This document shows, in pieces, positions 57,004-61,054 of a stretch of DNA of 61,054 nucleotides; position 1 is the first letter of the stretch, and each line of letters opens with the position of its first letter. Below the pieces are notes generated by a model. That model saw only the letters and a list, made by a program, of their open reading frames with translations, was not told where the DNA came from and did no database searches. The stretch is from positions 1 through 61,054 of the forward strand of contig CANHBJ010000001.1 in NCBI GenBank assembly GCA_947459075.1, read 5' to 3'. Origin of the DNA: Bacteroidota bacterium. Lineage in GTDB: Bacteria; Bacteroidota; Bacteroidia; UKL13-3. The translations under genes and the position numbers were made by a program.

Positions 57004-58578
57004 TTAATTATCCTTATGTAATTTACTGTTTCGTTTACCATATCCAAAGTAAACCAACAAACCAAATACCATCCAAATTACAGCAACCTTAAGTGTTTGA
57101 AAATCTAACGCCACTATCATACCAGTGCAAACCAAAACACCTAAAATAGGAATTAAAGGGACTAATGGCGTTTTGAAAGGACGTTCAATATCAGGTGATT
57201 TGACCCGCATAATCCAAACACCCGCACTTACTAGTACAAATGCAAAGAGAGTACCAAAACTGGTTAAATCTCCTGCTACACTTCCAGGCACAAAAGCAGC
57301 AAATAGTCCAACAAAAATAAATAAGATAATATTGGCCTTGTATGGGGTTTTAAATTTAGGATGCAATTCGCTAAATGCCTTTGGCATTAAACCATCATTG
57401 CTCATACTAAAAAATACACGGCTTTGGCCCATTAACATTACCAATATAACCGAACTAAAACCAGCTAAAATAGCCACTGTTACACTTGTACCCAACCACT
57501 CATAACCAACCATGTAATTTTTAATGGTATAAGCAACAGAAGCCTCTTTACCACTTGTTTTAAACTCTTGCCAATTTGTAACACCCGTTAACACGTGGCC
57601 AAATAAAATATATAAAATGGTACAAATTACCAATGATCCTAATATACCAATTGGCATATCACGTTTCGGATTTTTAGCTTCTTGAGCTGCTGTACTAACT
57701 GCATCAAAACCAATAAAGGCAAAAAATACAATAGCTGCACCACCAACTACGCCACCCCAACCCCACTTGAAAAAACCTTCGTGACCAGGTGTACCTTCAG
57801 GTATAAGATATGGCATGTGATTTTCTGGCTTAATGAATTGCCAACCTATTGCTATAAATAATAATACTATAGCTACTTTAATAAACACGATAATAGCGTT
57901 GAACATGGCACTTTCCTGTGTACCTTTTATCAATACCAAGGTAATTATAAAAAGAATAGCCAATGCAGGTAGGTTTACATAACCATTAGTTATAGACACC
58001 AATCCAACTAAATTTTGGGGCAACATAGCAAACTGCTCATCACTTAAAATTAACGTGCCATTTTTAATCATTGATGCTAGCTCTGGTTTATAAGCTACAA
58101 TTTGAGCAACGTTGTTAGAAGCAACTTGATGTATACTCTCGAAAGGGCTATGACACCATTCGTATGGTATTGCCCCTCCAAGCAGGTTATTTAAGTATTC
58201 ACTCCAAGCAATACTAACAGTTGCTGCACCTAATGCATATTCCATCATTAAAGCCCAACCAATTATCCATGCTACCAGTTCGCCCATAGTTACATAACTG
58301 TATGCGTATGCACTACCTGCAATCGGAATCATGGCAGCAAACTCAGCATAACAAATGCCAGCAAATGCGCAACCAATTGCGGCAACAATAAAAGATAAAG
58401 TTACTGCCGGACCAGATGCTTCGGCAGCAGCGGCTGCTGTTCGCACAAATAATCCTGCACCAATAATTGCCCCTACACCTAAACCTATTAAATTACCAGC
58501 GCCTAAAGTGCGCTTCAATTGGTGCCCTTCAGACTCCTTCAATAAATGGTCAATATTTTTTCGAGAAAATGATCCCAT
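57004..58578 (-). CDS. APC-superfamily amino acid permease.
   Basis: 524 aa with about 12-14 TM helices. N-terminal LKRTLGAGNLIGLGVGAIIGAGLF is typical of the family. Confidence 0.8.
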   Translation of the reverse strand: MGSFSRKNIDHLLKESEGHQLKRTLGAGNLIGLGVGAIIGAGLFVRTAAAAAEASGPAVTLSFIVAAIGCAFAGICYAEFAAMIPIAGSAYAYSYVTMGELVAWIIGWALMMEYALGAATVSIAWSEYLNNLLGGAIPYEWCHSPFESIHQVASNNVAQIVAYKPELASMIKNGTLILSDEQFAMLPQNLVGLVSITNGYVNLPALAILFIITLVLIKGTQESAMFNAIIVFIKVAIVLLFIAIGWQFIKPENHMPYLIPEGTPGHEGFFKWGWGGVVGGAAIVFFAFIGFDAVSTAAQEAKNPKRDMPIGILGSLVICTILYILFGHVLTGVTNWQEFKTSGKEASVAYTIKNYMVGYEWLGTSVTVAILAGFSSVILVMLMGQSRVFFSMSNDGLMPKAFSELHPKFKTPYKANIILFIFVGLFAAFVPGSVAGDLTSFGTLFAFVLVSAGVWIMRVKSPDIERPFKTPLVPLIPILGVLVCTGMIVALDFQTLKVAVIWMVFGLLVYFGYGKRNSKLHKDN

Positions 58579-58695
58579 ACTGTTATTATTTACTTATTAA
58601 GAGACGGCTAATATAACTATGTTTTGCTCATTGCAAAACACAATTTATAACTTGTGAGGATAAAAAAGAATTGTTCGATTTTTTGTTAGGGATTT

Positions 58696-59703
58696 TTAAA
58701 GAATCCGGAGTAATACCTCCTTCAATAATTCATCATGAGAGGCCGAGGCATTATTTAAACCTTTACTTTTTAAGTCGTACTCATGAATGATTCTAATACA
58801 ACGCTCCAGTTCATCTGTACTATATCTAGTTGCTGCATTCATGTAATCTTTTGCTTGATAGTAGTTTAAGCCAAATTTACGTTGTAATTGCGCTTGATCT
58901 TTAATATTACTTTGCTTCACCATATAGGTTTTACTAAAGAAACTATTCATGTTAATTAAAGCGGCAATGATGCTAAAATCTTTGTTTTTACCCATATGAT
59001 GAGCAATGTGCATGGCCCTTCCACTGTTTTTGAGCGCCACTGCTCCCATTAACTCAAAAATATTAAACTCTTTACTTATCCCAATTTTTAATTCAACATC
59101 AGTATCAGTAATTTGGGTGTCGCCATCCTTATTAATCATTAATTTTTCTAACTCATTGGCAATTTTACCTAAATCACTTCCTAAGCTATCTGCAATTAAA
59201 CCTGCACTACGCATACTGATACTAAACCCTTTTAATTTTAAATAGCGCTCTATCCATGCGGGTAATTCATTATCATATAGTTTTTTAGATTCGAAAACTA
59301 CATGTTTACTAAGTGTTTTATATACACGTGTACGTTTATCTAACTTATCTTTTTTATAGCAAATAATTAAAATGGTACTTGGTACAGGCTTTTCAAAATA
59401 AGCTTCAAAATCTTCTAAACTTTTTAAGTTTTGCGCTTCTTTAACAATAATAACCTGGTAATCGGCCATCATTGGAAAACGTTTTGCATGATTAATAATG
59501 GTTGCAACGTCACTATCTTTACCGTATAAAACCACTTGATTAAAACCTTTCTCCCCTTCGTTTAAAATGTTTTGCTCTGCATAATGGCTTAATTCATCAA
59601 TGTAATAGTGCTCTGCTCCAAACAAAAAATATACTGGTGCAAATTTTCTTGCTTTAAGTCCTGATAGTATTTTATTAAAATCTGAGCTATTTTCGGCAGC
59701 CAT
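58696..59703 (-). CDS. holA: DNA polymerase III delta subunit.
   Basis: 335 aa with the N-terminus ...PVYFLFGAEHYYID and overall HolA-like length and pattern. Confidence 0.7.
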   Translation of the reverse strand: MAAENSSDFNKILSGLKARKFAPVYFLFGAEHYYIDELSHYAEQNILNEGEKGFNQVVLYGKDSDVATIINHAKRFPMMADYQVIIVKEAQNLKSLEDFEAYFEKPVPSTILIICYKKDKLDKRTRVYKTLSKHVVFESKKLYDNELPAWIERYLKLKGFSISMRSAGLIADSLGSDLGKIANELEKLMINKDGDTQITDTDVELKIGISKEFNIFELMGAVALKNSGRAMHIAHHMGKNKDFSIIAALINMNSFFSKTYMVKQSNIKDQAQLQRKFGLNYYQAKDYMNAATRYSTDELERCIRIIHEYDLKSKGLNNASASHDELLKEVLLRIL

Positions 59704-59724
59704 TTACTTAGTTTTGAATTATTA

Positions 59725-60171
59725 ATGCAGCTAAACTTTCCTACATACAATTTTAAGGTTAAAAAGGTTGAAAACAGAAATTATATTTTCGACATTATTC
59801 GGAAAAAGTACGTACTGTTAACACCAGAAGAATGGGTAAGGCAACATTTGGTGCATTATTTAGTGGATCAATGCGGCTGTACAACCTCACTAATGGCTGT
59901 GGAAAAAGGTTTAACAGTAAATGGACTACAAAAAAGGTTTGATGTGTTGGTTTATGATAATACCGGTGAAGCCATTTTACTTGCAGAGTGTAAAGCTCCT
60001 GATATCCAACTATCTGAAAGCACATTTTTACAAGCTGCAGTTTATAACAAATCTTTGGGCGTAAGCAGGTTAGTTATTACCAATGGCTTGGAGTTAAGAT
60101 ATTGCCAATACAGCAAAAACTTTACAGACTACCAAATTACCAACGATATTCCAAAATATCCGTTTACGTAA
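59725..60171 (+). CDS. Protein containing a type I restriction enzyme HsdR N-terminal (PD-(D/E)xK-like) domain.
   Basis: 148 aa with ...EEWVRQHLV...DVLVY...LLAECKAP..., matching the HsdR_N domain pattern from memory. Confidence 0.55.
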   Translation: MQLNFPTYNFKVKKVENRNYIFDIIRKKYVLLTPEEWVRQHLVHYLVDQCGCTTSLMAVEKGLTVNGLQKRFDVLVYDNTGEAILLAECKAPDIQLSESTFLQAAVYNKSLGVSRLVITNGLELRYCQYSKNFTDYQITNDIPKYPFT

Positions 60172-60228
60172 AAAAAGATATGCCATAATAAATGCCCAAT
60201 TATATTTACAAAATAAATTACATACACC

Positions 60229-61023
60229 ATGATTAGCAATCACGAAATAGATTATCGCATTTTAGGTAACGAAATGCAATGCGTTGAAATTGAACTTGAC
60301 CCGCAAGAAACGGTAGTTGCCGAGCCTGGCAGCTTTATGATGATGGATAACGGAATTGAAATGCAAACAATTTTTGGCGATGGAGCCCAACAACAAAGTG
60401 GCATTTTAGGAAAATTATTTTCGGCTGGTAAACGATTATTAACTGGCGAAAATTTATTTATGACAGCATACACCAATATTGGTCAGGGTAAAAAACAAGT
60501 GAGTTTTGCATCGCCCTATCCAGGTAGAATTATCCCATTAGATTTATACCACTTAGGGGGTAAAATTATTTGTCAAAAAGATTCGTTTTTATGCGCAGCA
60601 AAAGGTGTTAGCGTAGGAATTGAGTTTCAACGTAAATTAGGTACAGGCTTGTTTGGAGGGGAAGGTTTTATTATGCAAAAACTAGAAGGTGATGGATTGG
60701 CTTTTGTACATAGCGGAGGCCATGTAATTGAACGTAACCTACTACCAGGCGAATTGCTTAAAGTAGATACTGGATGTATTGTGGCGTTTACGCATGATAT
60801 AAATTACGACATACAATTTGTGGGTGGAATTAAAAATACTTTATTTGGTGGAGAGGGCGTATTTTATGCATCTTTATCGGGCCCTGGAAAAGTTTGGATT
60901 CAAACATTACCAATAAGCCGCCTAGCTGGTAGATTAATGTCGTACGCCTCATATAATAGGAAAGAAGAAGGCAGTGTACTTGGTGGCTTAGGAAATATAC
61001 TAGATGGTGATGGCCGATGGTAA
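60229..61023 (+). CDS. AIM24/TIGR00266-family protein.
   Basis: 264 aa with ...GEGFIMQKLEGDGLAFV..., ...LFGGEGVFYASLSGPGKVWIQTLP..., and a Gly-rich C-terminus. Confidence 0.7.
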   Translation: MISNHEIDYRILGNEMQCVEIELDPQETVVAEPGSFMMMDNGIEMQTIFGDGAQQQSGILGKLFSAGKRLLTGENLFMTAYTNIGQGKKQVSFASPYPGRIIPLDLYHLGGKIICQKDSFLCAAKGVSVGIEFQRKLGTGLFGGEGFIMQKLEGDGLAFVHSGGHVIERNLLPGELLKVDTGCIVAFTHDINYDIQFVGGIKNTLFGGEGVFYASLSGPGKVWIQTLPISRLAGRLMSYASYNRKEEGSVLGGLGNILDGDGRW

Positions 61024-61054
61024 TTAGAATTTTAAAAAAATAAAAAGTGGTGTG

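Noticed and set aside
57125-57505. A 126-aa plus-strand ORF.
   Set aside because: It is antisense within the APC permease gene.

Overview
This is an AT-rich chromosomal segment that looks like Bacteroidota. The taxon call rests on three proteins with type IX secretion (T9SS) C-terminal sorting domains, TAnnTTTG -7 promoter boxes 20-40 nt upstream of several start codons, a MurF-alanine racemase fusion, and KKAAP-repeat histone-H1-like genes. All calls come from reading the ORF translations and the DNA by eye. No homology search, HMM, fold or GC computation was run.

The window holds about 55 protein genes, mostly housekeeping:
- Energy and central metabolism: pntAA/pntAB, sucC, a 2-oxo-acid dehydrogenase E1-beta and an unlinked E2, pckA, HMG-CoA lyase.
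- Replication, repair and translation: recQ, lysS, rlmN, cinA, a DEAD-box helicase, ettA, holA, recX, NifU.
- Other: glycosyltransferases, transporters, two LytTR response regulators with a small kinase, and USP proteins.

There is one tRNA-Cys(GCA) and many clear rho-independent terminators. I saw no transposase, integrase, CRISPR array, rRNA or recognisable defence system, and I cannot point to a convincing complete novel multi-gene system.

The most unusual observations:
1. At the left window edge, a four-helix-bundle (23S-rRNA-IVS-protein family) gene is enclosed by a perfect inverted repeat of at least 26 bp. It carries an in-frame TAA and sits where pntB would be expected.
2. Directly downstream of tRNA-Cys are two 103-bp tandem units. 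Each starts with the last 19 nt of the tRNA and carries its own terminator.
3. An 85-aa protein has a lysine-rich N-terminal half and a poly-acidic C-terminal half ending DDDDDDDF. It lies between an HDAC-family deacylase gene and a LuxE-like acyl-protein synthetase gene.
4. A second gene (a tandem USP) is interrupted by an in-frame TAA.
5. A sensor-less histidine kinase with degenerate ATP-lid motifs sits beside two paralogous LytTR regulators.
6. A 630-bp AT-rich gene-free region contains a 9-mer repeated three times.
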